DNA from: an uncultured bacterium | GTDB taxonomy: Bacteria; Planctomycetota; UBA1135; UBA2386 | NCBI GenBank assembly: GCA_937952215.1 | Contig: CALFZH010000060.1 | Coordinates: forward strand, 194,464 to 258,463 | Length of the DNA stretch: 64,000 nucleotides | Direction: 5' to 3' | Part shown: positions 19,127-28,293 of the stretch, in pieces | Layout: each line of letters begins with the position of its first letter | Numbering within the stretch: position 1 is the stretch's first letter | Notes under the pieces: model-generated | Told to the model about the DNA's origin: nothing | Database searches by the model: none | The model's input: only the letters and a program-made list of their open reading frames with translations | Made by a program: the position numbers and the translations under genes

Positions 19127-20257
19127 ATGGCTCGCGTCGAGAACCGGCAGATCGGCCGCCAGATGGACTACCCGTACGAAGCGCCGCCGCCCGAACGGCA
19201 AGTGGCCTACGTCTTCGACATCAACAAGTGCATCTCGTGCCAGACGTGCACGGTCGCCTGCAAGACGGCGTGGACGGCTGGCAAGGGCCAGGAGACGACG
19301 TTCTTCAACAACGTCGAGACCAAGCCGTGGGGCGGGTATCCGCTGGGTTGGGACGCGCGACTGCAGGAGAAGCACGGCGTCGCCGCGTGGGAAGGCGGCA
19401 AGCTGGCCTCGAAGACGGTGTTCGAGAACCTGGCGCCGGGGCAGCCGCCGCTGGGCCATCGTCCCACCGAGCCCGACTATGCGAGTCCCAACATCAGCGA
19501 AGACGACGTCGGCGGGGGCATGGCGGAAGGGGGCGCCTTCTTCTCGGGCCTGCACCCGATGTGGATGTTCTACCTCGCGCGGATCTGCAATCACTGCACG
19601 CTCCCGGCGTGTGTCGCGGCGTGCCCGCGCAAGGCCGTCTACAAGCGGCCCGAGGACGGCATCGTGCTCGTCGACCAGCAGCGGTGCCGCGGCTACCAGG
19701 AGTGCATCAAGGCCTGCCCCTACAAGAAGATCTTCTACAACATCATCGGCCGGGCCAGCGAGAAGTGCATCGGCTGCTATCCACGCGTCGAACAGGGCGA
19801 GGTGGCGCTGTGCGTCGAATCGTGCATCGGCAAGATCCGCATGCACGGGTTCCTGTCGACCAAGCAGCCGCCGCGCCAGGACAACCCGCTCGACTACCTG
19901 GTGCACTTCCGCAAGATCGCGCTGCCGCTGTATCCGCAGTTCGGGACGAGTCCGAACGTGTACTACATCCCGCCGGTGCACGTGCCCGACGCGTATCTCG
20001 AGCAGTTGTTCGGGCCGGGAGTCGATGCGGCGAAGGACCTCTACCGCAATCTGGCCAAGGACCGCGAGCTGCTGGGTTGCATGCTGCTCTTCGGATCCAG
20101 CAATCGGATCCTCACCCGCTTCGCGGTCACCGACCGCGAGGCGATCGGCTGGGACGTCGACGGCAAGGAAGTGACGCGCGTCCCCTTCACCGAGTCCACG
20201 TTCGTTCGCGAGGTGCACGATGTCCGACATGACGCCTTCCGCACCAACAGCCCCTGA
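19127..20257 (+). CDS. type II DMSO-reductase-family beta subunit (NarH-like four-cluster ferredoxin)
   Basis: ATG at 19127 of ORF 18569..20257. The cluster motifs are CISCQTCTVACK, CNHCTLPACVAACP, CRGYQECIKACP and CIGCYPRVEQGEVALCVESC. Confidence 0.85.
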   Translation: MARVENRQIGRQMDYPYEAPPPERQVAYVFDINKCISCQTCTVACKTAWTAGKGQETTFFNNVETKPWGGYPLGWDARLQEKHGVAAWEGGKLASKTVFENLAPGQPPLGHRPTEPDYASPNISEDDVGGGMAEGGAFFSGLHPMWMFYLARICNHCTLPACVAACPRKAVYKRPEDGIVLVDQQRCRGYQECIKACPYKKIFYNIIGRASEKCIGCYPRVEQGEVALCVESCIGKIRMHGFLSTKQPPRQDNPLDYLVHFRKIALPLYPQFGTSPNVYYIPPVHVPDAYLEQLFGPGVDAAKDLYRNLAKDRELLGCMLLFGSSNRILTRFAVTDREAIGWDVDGKEVTRVPFTESTFVREVHDVRHDAFRTNSP

Positions 20258-21224
20258 TCCCGGCCCTGGCGAAGCGCGGTGCCCACGCGGCCTCGCGACC
20301 CTGTTGATCGCCCTGATCGTCTCGCCAGTGCTCGTGGTCGCACTCGCACTGGGCATTCGTTGGTGGCAGACGCCGCCGGCAGTCCGCTCGTCGCTGCAGG
20401 GCGAGGGCGGGGTTCCCGACGACGCGGGCACGGCAGTGCCGACCATCGCCGTGCTGAAGATCGGCAGTGCCCTCGGCGCCCCCGATCCGGCCGCCTCCTT
20501 CTGGGCCGACGCCGTGCGCATGGATGTGATGATGATGCCGCAGAACATGACGATGCCGATGGTCGACACGCCCGGCGCCGAGGTGCTGGCGGTGGCGGCG
20601 GCGACCGACGGCGTCGATCTTGCCTGGCGGATCGAATGGGCGGACGCGACCCAGGACGCCACACCCGACGTCGACCGGTTCGGGGATGCGGTGGCGATCC
20701 AGTTCCCGCTGACGGAGGCCGCCTCGCCGATGATGGGCCTGGGCGGCAAGGTGCACATCCTGCATTGGAAGGCGATCTGGCAGACGGACATCGAGCAGGG
20801 GTTCCAGGACGATGGCGTGACGCATCCCAACACGTTCCATGCGCTCGCGTGGTTCGCGACGAGTGACGACCTGGCGACCGGCTACACCGACGAACGCTCG
20901 CGCGTGTGGCTGACCCATCACAGCGCCGGCAATCCGATGTCGAACTTCAGCCGCGAACAACCGGTGGAGGAGACCTTCGCCGCCGGGTTCGGCACGCTGA
21001 CGAGCCGCTCGTTGTCGCTCACGAAGGCCCGCGGTCGTTGGGCCGACGGACGGTGGTCCGTCGTGATCCAGCGTCCGCTCGCGCCTGCCGACGATCCGGA
21101 GGGATTCCGGCTCGCCGCCGGCGGCAAGAGCATGGTGTCGTTCGCCGTCTGGGGCGGATCGCTGGGGCACGTCGGCGGCCGCAAGATGTGGGCGAACTGG
21201 GTTCCGTTCGAAGTGCCGCGCTGA
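20220..21224 (+). CDS. type II DMSO-reductase-family gamma subunit (EB_dh/heme b domain) with N-terminal membrane anchor
   Basis: 334 aa with hydrophobic segment LATLLIALIVSPVLVVALALGI. This is followed by ...AWRIEWADATQD...DAVAIQFPL...GKVHILHWKAIWQ, as in the EbdC/DdhC/NxrC family. The start overlaps the beta 3' end, so the start choice is uncertain. Confidence 0.65.
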   Translation: MSDMTPSAPTAPDPGPGEARCPRGLATLLIALIVSPVLVVALALGIRWWQTPPAVRSSLQGEGGVPDDAGTAVPTIAVLKIGSALGAPDPAASFWADAVRMDVMMMPQNMTMPMVDTPGAEVLAVAAATDGVDLAWRIEWADATQDATPDVDRFGDAVAIQFPLTEAASPMMGLGGKVHILHWKAIWQTDIEQGFQDDGVTHPNTFHALAWFATSDDLATGYTDERSRVWLTHHSAGNPMSNFSREQPVEETFAAGFGTLTSRSLSLTKARGRWADGRWSVVIQRPLAPADDPEGFRLAAGGKSMVSFAVWGGSLGHVGGRKMWANWVPFEVPR

Positions 21225-21269
21225 AGTCTCGGGCCGCCCCTGACGCGGCCCTCGTCGAGGAGATCCCCG

Positions 21270-22001
21270 ATGTCCAAGCTCGCCGATCCGCTGCAACTGG
21301 TCGCGCAAACCGACCTGCTGTTGCTGTTCTCCAGACTGTGCGCGCGACCCACTGCCACACCCTTGGCCCACGTGCCGACGGCCGCTGCAGACCTCGCGAC
21401 CGTCGTGCGGTTGGCCGGGCTCGCGGAAGAAGCCCTGCCGGCGTTCACCGCCGCACTCGCGGCCGCCAGCAGCTTCGACCCCGTGGCCTGGCACTGTGAC
21501 TACGAGACCACGTTCGGCCCGAACACGGTCTGTCCGGTCTACGAAGCCGCCTGGGTTCGGCGCGAACGCGGGCCGTTGATGGCGGACATCGCCGGCTTCG
21601 CCAACGCATTCGGTCTGCAACTGCGGTCGGCCAGCGGCGAACGCTACGACCATCTGGCGGCCGAACTGGAGATCGTGGCGCTGATCCAGTTGATGCGGGC
21701 GTTGGCGCTGCAGCGCGGCGATGTCGAATCGGCGGCGATCGCCGAAGACGCCGTCGACCGCTTCGTCGCGGACCATCTCGGCGACTGGTTGCCGGGCTTC
21801 TGCGCCGCCCTGGCGCGACTCGAACCGCATCCGATCTGGTCGCCGTTGGCGGCGGCATTGGCGTCGTTCTGGGATCGCTGCTGCGCGTTGCACGGCTGGA
21901 CCCTGCAAGCGGTGATCGCCCCGCGCAACGTGCCGCCGGGCGAACGCGAGGCCGACGAACCAGCCTGTGGGATGTCGGGAGCTTGCGCCGTGGAGGCCTG
22001 A
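21270..22001 (+). CDS. TorD/NarJ-like molybdoenzyme maturation chaperone (delta subunit)
   Basis: 243 aa. YETTFGPNTVCPVYEAAW...DHLAAELEIVALIQLM...FVADHLGDWLPGF is a TorD-family pattern, and the position after alpha-beta-gamma fits. Confidence 0.7.
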   Translation: MSKLADPLQLVAQTDLLLLFSRLCARPTATPLAHVPTAAADLATVVRLAGLAEEALPAFTAALAAASSFDPVAWHCDYETTFGPNTVCPVYEAAWVRRERGPLMADIAGFANAFGLQLRSASGERYDHLAAELEIVALIQLMRALALQRGDVESAAIAEDAVDRFVADHLGDWLPGFCAALARLEPHPIWSPLAAALASFWDRCCALHGWTLQAVIAPRNVPPGEREADEPACGMSGACAVEA

Positions 22002-22066
22002 ACCGCGCCGCGCGTGCCCGCGCGCCCGTCCCGCCCACTCGTGGATCCATCGGCCCGTCCGACGCA

Positions 22067-23467
22067 ATGAAGACCATCATCGAGCCGTTCCGGATCAAGT
22101 CCGTCGAGCCGTTCCGCCTCACCACGCGCTCGCAGCGCGAGGCCGCGCTGCGGGACGCGCACCACAACCTGTTCTTGCTGCGGGCCGAGGACGTGATGAT
22201 CGACCTGCTCACCGACTCCGGCACCGGCGCGATGAGCGCTCGGCAATGGGCGGCGCTGATGACGGGTGACGAGAGCTACGCCGGCTGCAGTTCGTTCTAT
22301 GAACTGGAACAGGTGGTGCGCGACCTCACCGGCTATCGCCATGTGTTCCCGGTGCACCAGGGCCGCGCCGCCGAGCGGATCCTGTTCACACTCCTCGTCG
22401 ATCGCACCAAGGCGGTCCCGAACAACTCGCACTTCGACACCACGCGCGCCAACATCGAGTACCTCGGCGGCAGCGCCCATGACTTCCCCGTGCCGCAGGC
22501 CCGCGACCTCGGCCGGCCAGCACCGTTCAAGGGCGACATGGACCTCGACGCCCTGCGCGCGTTCCTCGACGCCGCCACGCCCGGCAGCGTGCCGCTCGGC
22601 ATGATGACGATCACGAACAACCGGATGGGCGGTCAGCCGGTGTCGCTGCAGAACCTGCGTGCCGTGGCCGCCGAGTACCACGGGCGCGGCATTCCGTTCT
22701 TCCTCGACGCGGCGCGCTTCGCCGAGAACGCGTGGCTGGTCCGGCAGCGCGAGGCAGGCCAGCAGCACCGGCCGCTGCGCGACATCGTGCGCGAAGTCTT
22801 CGAGCTGGCCGACGGCTGTCTGATCTCGGCCAAGAAGGACGGGCTGGTGAACATCGGCGGCATCCTGGCCCTCGACGACGATGCGCTGGCAGAACGTGCG
22901 CGCGAGTTGCTGATCCTGACCGAGGGCTTTCCGACCTACGGTGGTCTCGCCGGCCGCGATCTGGCGGCGCTGGCGCAAGGCCTGCGCGAGGTGCTGGACG
23001 AGAACTACCTGGCGTATCGCGAGGCGAGCGCGCGGTACCTGGCGGACGCGCTCGATCGGCTCGGCGTGCCGACCGTGCGGCCCTGCGGGCTGCACGCCGT
23101 CTACATCGACGCGCGGGCGATGCTGCCGCACATCCCGCCGTCGGAGCTTCCGGGGCAGGCGTTGTGCTGCGAGCTGTACCGCGTCGGCGGCATCCGGGCC
23201 GTGGAGATCGGCACGCTGATGTTCGGACGTACCGACCCGCGGACCGGGGCTGCCGTGCCTGCCGAGGCCGACCTCGTGCGGCTGTGTCTGCCGCGGCGGG
23301 TCTACACCCAGAGCCACGTCGACTGGGTAGTGGAGGCGTTCGCGGAGGTGATGGCCGGCCGCGAACGGCTGCGCGGGCTGCGGATCACGCACGAGCCGCG
23401 CTTCCTGCGCGCCTTCACCGCGCGGCTTGCGCCATTGGCCTGCGGCACGCCGGAGCCGGCGTCGTGA
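22067..23467 (+). CDS. tnaA: tryptophanase-like PLP beta-eliminating lyase
   Basis: ATG at 22067 of ORF 21983..23467. Matches include MKTIIEPFRIKSVEP, DLLTDSGTGAMS and SAKKDGLVNIGG (PLP Lys). Several stretches agree with E. coli TnaA rather than tyrosine phenol-lyase: FDTTRA, ARFAENAW, EGFPTYGGL and LPHIPPSELPGQALCCELYRVGGIRAVEIG. Confidence 0.8.
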   Translation: MKTIIEPFRIKSVEPFRLTTRSQREAALRDAHHNLFLLRAEDVMIDLLTDSGTGAMSARQWAALMTGDESYAGCSSFYELEQVVRDLTGYRHVFPVHQGRAAERILFTLLVDRTKAVPNNSHFDTTRANIEYLGGSAHDFPVPQARDLGRPAPFKGDMDLDALRAFLDAATPGSVPLGMMTITNNRMGGQPVSLQNLRAVAAEYHGRGIPFFLDAARFAENAWLVRQREAGQQHRPLRDIVREVFELADGCLISAKKDGLVNIGGILALDDDALAERARELLILTEGFPTYGGLAGRDLAALAQGLREVLDENYLAYREASARYLADALDRLGVPTVRPCGLHAVYIDARAMLPHIPPSELPGQALCCELYRVGGIRAVEIGTLMFGRTDPRTGAAVPAEADLVRLCLPRRVYTQSHVDWVVEAFAEVMAGRERLRGLRITHEPRFLRAFTARLAPLACGTPEPAS

Positions 23468-25071
23468 ACGCGGCGGCCGGCGCCCCGCCGCGGGACTACG
23501 GTCGCTGGCGTGCCCTCGTACTCATCCTGGTCCATGTGCTGATCGGTCTGCACATCGCCCACTGGCTCGTCGCCGGTCGCACGCTGGCGCCGCTCGAGTT
23601 CAACGAGGTGATGCACACCCTGGAACTGGGCCTGGTCACCGCGGGGTTCCTGTTGATGGCGACGGCCGTTCTGGCCACGGCGGTGTTCGGGCGCTTCTTC
23701 TGCGGCTGGGCGTGCCACGTGTTGGCGTTGCAGGACCTCTGCGTCTGGCTGCTGAAACGCGCCGGCATCGCCGCCAAGCCCGTGCGCTCGCGCGCGCTGC
23801 GCGTGGCGCCCTTCGTCGTCATGGGCTACATGTTCGTGTGGCCGCAGTTGGTCCGCTGGTGGCACGGGGATCCGCTGCCAGCGCTGCACATCGCCGGCAC
23901 CGAGCAGGCGTGGGCGTCGCTGGTGACGAACGACTTCTGGCGCAACCTGCCCGGACCGTGGATCGGGTCGCTGACGCTGGCGACGTGCGGCTTCGCGGTC
24001 GTCTACCTGCTCGGCTCGCGCGCCTTCTGCTTCGCGGGCTGTCCGTACGGCGCGGTCTTCGCCTTGGCCAGCCGGCTCGCGCCCGGCAGCATCCGCCTGC
24101 GCGGCGCGTGCAACGACTGTGGGCGCTGCACTGCGGCGTGCCAGTCGGGCATCTGGGTGCACGAGGAAGTGCGGCGGTTCGGGCAGATCGTCGACTCGAG
24201 GTGCCTGCGCGACCTGGACTGCGTCGCGGCGTGCCCGGAAGGGGCGCTGGCGTTCGGCCTCGGACGTCCCGCGGGATTGCGTTCGCTGGAGCGCGGCGGC
24301 AGCCGCCGGCCGCCGAACACCTGGACCTGGTTCGAGGACGTGCTGGCGGGCGCCACGATGCTGGCCGGCGTGCTGGTGTATCGAGGCCTCTACGGCGAAG
24401 TCCCGTTCCTGATGGCCGTCGGCATCGGCGCCTGCCTCGCCTGCCTCGCGGTGATGGCGCGACGCATGCTGGCGGGCGAGGACGTGCGGCTGCGCGGCCT
24501 GGAATTGGCGCGGTCCGGACGCCGCACCGGCATCGGCTGGATCGTCATCGCGTTGCTCGGTGCGGTCGCGGCGTTCACGGCGCATTCCGCAGTCGTTCGC
24601 TGGCACGAAGCCGCGGGGCTGGCGGCCTTCGAACGTGTGCGCGCGACTCTCGCCAGCGGCGGCAACCCGCGCGACGACCTGGCGGCGGCCCTGGACGCGC
24701 ACGATGTGGTGGAGCGTTGGGGGCTGAGCAACCCCGTCGACCACAGCCGTCGCCTCGCTTCGCTGCACGCATGGTCCGGTGCGCCGACCCGCGCCGAGCC
24801 GCACCTGCGCGGGGTGTTGGCCCACGCCGCTTCGGATCACGAAGCGCGCATGCGACTCGCCGCGGTTCTTGCCGGTGCCGGTCGGACGGCGGAGAGCCTG
24901 GCGGAACTGCGCGAGTTGGCGCTGGCACACCGTCGCGAAGCACTGGCCGAGGGAGTCCGGGTCGGTGCGGTGCGCGTTGCCGAACGGCTGTCGATGATGG
25001 CGCAGCAACGGGGGTCGGCCGCCGACCACGAGGCGGCGCTCGCCGTGATCGGCGAGTTGGGCGCCCGCTGA
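23464..25071 (+). CDS. membrane polyferredoxin (NapH/MauN-like 4Fe-4S protein) with C-terminal TPR-like helical region
   Basis: A GTG at 23464 overlaps the tnaA stop (GTGA). It has transmembrane segments, FFCGWACHVLALQD and FCFAGCPYGAVF (NapH-type CxxC), and two ferredoxin motifs, CNDCGRCTAACQSG and CLRDLDCVAACPEG. Confidence 0.7.
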   Translation: MNAAAGAPPRDYGRWRALVLILVHVLIGLHIAHWLVAGRTLAPLEFNEVMHTLELGLVTAGFLLMATAVLATAVFGRFFCGWACHVLALQDLCVWLLKRAGIAAKPVRSRALRVAPFVVMGYMFVWPQLVRWWHGDPLPALHIAGTEQAWASLVTNDFWRNLPGPWIGSLTLATCGFAVVYLLGSRAFCFAGCPYGAVFALASRLAPGSIRLRGACNDCGRCTAACQSGIWVHEEVRRFGQIVDSRCLRDLDCVAACPEGALAFGLGRPAGLRSLERGGSRRPPNTWTWFEDVLAGATMLAGVLVYRGLYGEVPFLMAVGIGACLACLAVMARRMLAGEDVRLRGLELARSGRRTGIGWIVIALLGAVAAFTAHSAVVRWHEAAGLAAFERVRATLASGGNPRDDLAAALDAHDVVERWGLSNPVDHSRRLASLHAWSGAPTRAEPHLRGVLAHAASDHEARMRLAAVLAGAGRTAESLAELRELALAHRREALAEGVRVGAVRVAERLSMMAQQRGSAADHEAALAVIGELGAR

Positions 25072-25078
25072 ACCGCGA

Positions 25079-25474
25079 TCAGTTCGGCGCGGCGAACGCG
25101 ACGACGTGGCCATCGAGGTCGGCGCAGTAGCCGGCGCGGTGCCCCCAGTCGCGCGCGCACACGGTGCTGAGCAGGCGGGCGCCCGCAGCGAGGGCCCGCT
25201 GCAGCGCCCGCTCCGGATCGTCGACGAGCAGGTAGAGCTCCGCCCGAGGTGGTGCTCCGGCCTGGGCCGGATCCACGATTGCCGCGCCGAGCAGGCGTCG
25301 GATGCCGGCGTTCGGCATCAGCCCGAGCACGGCGCCGGGCGCCAGTTCGAACTCGGTCATGCCGGGTACCTGCAAGCGCGGCGGGCGCTGCAGCACGGCC
25401 TGATAGAACGCCGTCGCGCGCCCCTGGTCGGCGACGAACCAGACGAAGTGAGCGGTGGCGACCATGCTCCACAC
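25079..25474 (-). CDS. VOC/glyoxalase-family protein
   Basis: 131 aa, with a small beta-alpha-beta-beta-beta pattern and C-terminal WGHRAGYCADLDGHVVAF typical of glyoxalase/bleomycin-resistance folds. Confidence 0.55.
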   Translation of the reverse strand: MWSMVATAHFVWFVADQGRATAFYQAVLQRPPRLQVPGMTEFELAPGAVLGLMPNAGIRRLLGAAIVDPAQAGAPPRAELYLLVDDPERALQRALAAGARLLSTVCARDWGHRAGYCADLDGHVVAFAAPN

Positions 25475-25605
25475 GTAGCGCCTCGCCAGGGCGCGATCGA
25501 GCCGGTGCTGCCCATCCCGCGTCGGATCGCTCCCGCGGTGCTGGCCCCTTCGCCGCCGCGCGCGTTCTCGTTTACACCCTGGGCGTGCCGAGCGTCCTCG
25601 ATCCC

Positions 25606-26301
25606 ATGCGCACCCTGCTCGTCTGCGTCGTGTTCGGTTCGTGCCAGGTCGGCGAACGGGTCGAACGCCTCGCCGCGGGCGGTTGCGAGCACGAACTGGT
25701 CTGGATCGATCCGGGCGATGGCGTCGATCGCGGGTTCTGGATCGGGCGGTACGAAGTCACCAACGCGCAGTTCGCGGTGTTCGTCGCCGCCACCGGCTAC
25801 GACGGCAGCGATCATCCGAGCTCGAAGCCGACGGAGCCGTTCCTGGCGCACTTCGAGAACGGACAGCCGCCGGCCGGCGAGGCGACGCATCCGGTCTGCA
25901 ACGTCAACCTGCACCACGCGCGCGCGTACTGCGCGTGGTTGTCGCAGTCGACCGGGCGGCGCGTGCGGTTGCCCCGCGATGCCGAATGGCAGCTCGCGGC
26001 GACGGGCGGTCAGCAGCGCGTCTACCCATGGGGGGATGCGTGGGATCCGACGCGGTGCAACTGGGGCGCGCCGGACGACGGTTTCGTCGCGTCCGCGCCG
26101 GTGGGTTCGTTCCCGAGCGGAGTGTCCACGACCAACGTGCACGACCTGGCGGGCAACATCTGGGAATGGACGCAGGAAGGCCACCTGCGCGGCGGACCGT
26201 GGTGCATGGGTGCGGAGTCGGTGCGCGTCGCCGACATCGCCGACGAGGACGACGATCGCGCCGACGACAAGTTCGGATTGCGCATCGTGGTCGAACGCTG
26301 A
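25606..26301 (+). CDS. formylglycine-generating enzyme (SUMF1/FGE) family protein, probable lipoprotein
   Basis: ATG at 25606 of ORF 25249..26301. Matches include LLVCVVFGSC (lipobox-like), GFWIGRYEVTNAQFAVFV, VRLPRDAEWQLAATGG, VHDLAGNIWEWT and GGPW. Confidence 0.75.
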   Translation: MRTLLVCVVFGSCQVGERVERLAAGGCEHELVWIDPGDGVDRGFWIGRYEVTNAQFAVFVAATGYDGSDHPSSKPTEPFLAHFENGQPPAGEATHPVCNVNLHHARAYCAWLSQSTGRRVRLPRDAEWQLAATGGQQRVYPWGDAWDPTRCNWGAPDDGFVASAPVGSFPSGVSTTNVHDLAGNIWEWTQEGHLRGGPWCMGAESVRVADIADEDDDRADDKFGLRIVVER

Positions 26302-26568
26302 GATCGCCGCGCCGGCGTGCGTGCCGACGACGAAGCGCGGGGCGAACGGCGAGTCGGGGCGACGCCGTCCAGCGGCGCCGATGCGGCGGCACGCCTCGCG
26401 GTGTTTGCGTGGCGAGCAGGCTCTGGCTAGGGTCGCCCGGCGCGCCCCGGAGGCCTCGCCATCGACGCCGAGCCCACTGCCTCTCCCGACTCTCGACTGC
26501 CGCGCCCGGCGGCGGCGCTGCGCGCGGCGCTGCGCGACGGCTACTCGTTCGCGGCCCTGCGCGGGGAC

Positions 26569-28224
26569 GTGCTCGCCGGCCTCGTCGTCGGCATCGTCGC
26601 GCTACCGCTCAGCATGGCGCTCGCGATCGCGACCGGCATGCCGCCGCAGAACGGCCTGTGGACCGCGATCGTCGCCGGCGCCCTGATCGCGCTGCTCGGC
26701 GGCTCGCGCGTGCAGGTGTCCGGGCCGACCGCGGCGTTCGTCGTGATCCTGCTGCCGATCGTCAACCAGCACGGTCCGGCCGGGCTGATGCTGGCGACGA
26801 TGATGGCGGGCGGACTGCTGTGCCTGATGGGGCTCGCCGGCCTCGGTCGCCTGATCCGCTTCATCCCGTACCCCGTGACGACCGGCTTCACCGCCGGCAT
26901 CGCCGTCGTCATCGCGACCGGCCAGGTGAAGGACTTCCTCGGACTCACGGGCGTCGAGCGCCACGAGCACTTCCACGAAGTCGTCGCCGACCTGCTCGCG
27001 CACGTGCACACCGTGAACTGGAACGACGCCGCGATCGGCATCGGCACGATGGTCCTGCTGGTGTGGCTGCCACGGGTCCTGCCGCGCGTGCCAGCGCCGC
27101 TGCTCGCGATCGGCGGGGCTGCGGTCGCCGTAGCCCTGCTGCGCCACCTGATCCCCGGCTTCGACGTCGTCACCATCGCGCAGCGCTTCTCGTTCGTCGG
27201 TGCCGACGGCGCCCAGGTGCCCGGCATCCCGCCGTGGCCGCCGCAGTTCGCCTGGCCGTGGGAGGCGTCGGGACCGAACGGCCGGCCGCTGCACCTCGAC
27301 TGGGACCTGGTGCGGCAACTGATGCCGAGTGCGATCGCGATCGCGCTGCTCGGCGCGATCGAGTCGTTGTTGTCGGCCGTCGCGTCCGACGCGATGTCGG
27401 GCCACAAGCACGATCCCGACGCCGAACTGCTCGCCCAGGGAACCGGCAACCTGGTGGCTCCGCTGTTCGGGGGCTTTGCGGCCACGGGCGCCATCGCGCG
27501 CACCGCGGCGAACGTGCGCGCTGGCGCGCGGTCGCCGATCGCGGCGGTCGTGCACGCTGCGTTCCTGCTCGTCGCGATGCTGACGCTGGCGCCGTGGCTC
27601 GGCCACCTGCCGCTGGCGGCGATGGCGGCACTGCTGCTGATGGTGGCGTGGCGCATGAGCGACCTGCGGCACTTCCGCCACGTGCTACAGACCGCGCCGC
27701 GCGCCGACGTGATGGTGCTGCTGACCTGCTTCCTGCTCACCGTCGCGTTCGACATGGTGATCGGCGTCATCGGCGGCTTCGTGCTCGCGTCGCTGCTGTT
27801 CCTGCAGCGCATCGCCGAGATGACCGGCACGCGGCTCGTGCGCGGCGAGCACCCGCAGCTGCGCACCACGATCCCGCCCGGCGTGCTGGTCTACGAGGTC
27901 GACGGGCCGCTGTTCTTCGGCGCCGCCGAGAAGGCGATGACGACGCTGCACACGATCCACCGCGAAGCGCGCGTCGTGGTGCTCGATCTCGAAGGCGTGC
28001 TCGTCGTCGACGCGACCGGCCTCGTCAACCTGCAGTCGGTGCTCGACCGGCTGAAGAAGAGCGCCATCCCGGTCGTGCTCACCGGCCTGCACCTCGAGGT
28101 GGGGCCGATGCTCGCGAAGGCGCACGTCGCCGAGGACGGCGCGACGCTGTTCTTCCGCAACGATCTGCAGGCCGGCGTGGAGTTCGCCGGCGAACTCGTG
28201 CGCAAGGCGAACGCCGGCCGCTGA
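26569..28224 (+). CDS. SulP-family anion permease with C-terminal STAS domain (N-terminus probably extends upstream)
   Basis: LAGLVVGIVALPLSMALAIATGMPPQNGLWTAIVAGALIALLGGSRVQVSGPTAAFVVIL aligns to the YchM/DauA N-terminal membrane core. A STAS-like C-terminus is present. See the finding on the missing canonical start. Confidence 0.8.
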   Translation: MLAGLVVGIVALPLSMALAIATGMPPQNGLWTAIVAGALIALLGGSRVQVSGPTAAFVVILLPIVNQHGPAGLMLATMMAGGLLCLMGLAGLGRLIRFIPYPVTTGFTAGIAVVIATGQVKDFLGLTGVERHEHFHEVVADLLAHVHTVNWNDAAIGIGTMVLLVWLPRVLPRVPAPLLAIGGAAVAVALLRHLIPGFDVVTIAQRFSFVGADGAQVPGIPPWPPQFAWPWEASGPNGRPLHLDWDLVRQLMPSAIAIALLGAIESLLSAVASDAMSGHKHDPDAELLAQGTGNLVAPLFGGFAATGAIARTAANVRAGARSPIAAVVHAAFLLVAMLTLAPWLGHLPLAAMAALLLMVAWRMSDLRHFRHVLQTAPRADVMVLLTCFLLTVAFDMVIGVIGGFVLASLLFLQRIAEMTGTRLVRGEHPQLRTTIPPGVLVYEVDGPLFFGAAEKAMTTLHTIHREARVVVLDLEGVLVVDATGLVNLQSVLDRLKKSAIPVVLTGLHLEVGPMLAKAHVAEDGATLFFRNDLQAGVEFAGELVRKANAGR

Positions 28225-28293
28225 GCGTTCCGTCGCTGCTCGTCGGTCGCTGGCGTGCCGAAGCAGCGGCGGGGCCGTAGCCTCTGCCGCGGC

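Noticed and set aside
26401-26430. A GTG at 26401 plus TAG read-through as the SulP start.
   Set aside because: The nine codons upstream of the TAG show no SulP similarity, and there is no evidence for TAG recoding. A non-canonical CTG or ATC start is more economical.
25641-28280. An 879-aa plus-strand ORF covering the FGE-like and SulP genes.
   Set aside because: It is an alternative frame of two well-supported genes, and the translation is dominated by Arg, Ala, Gly and Pro.
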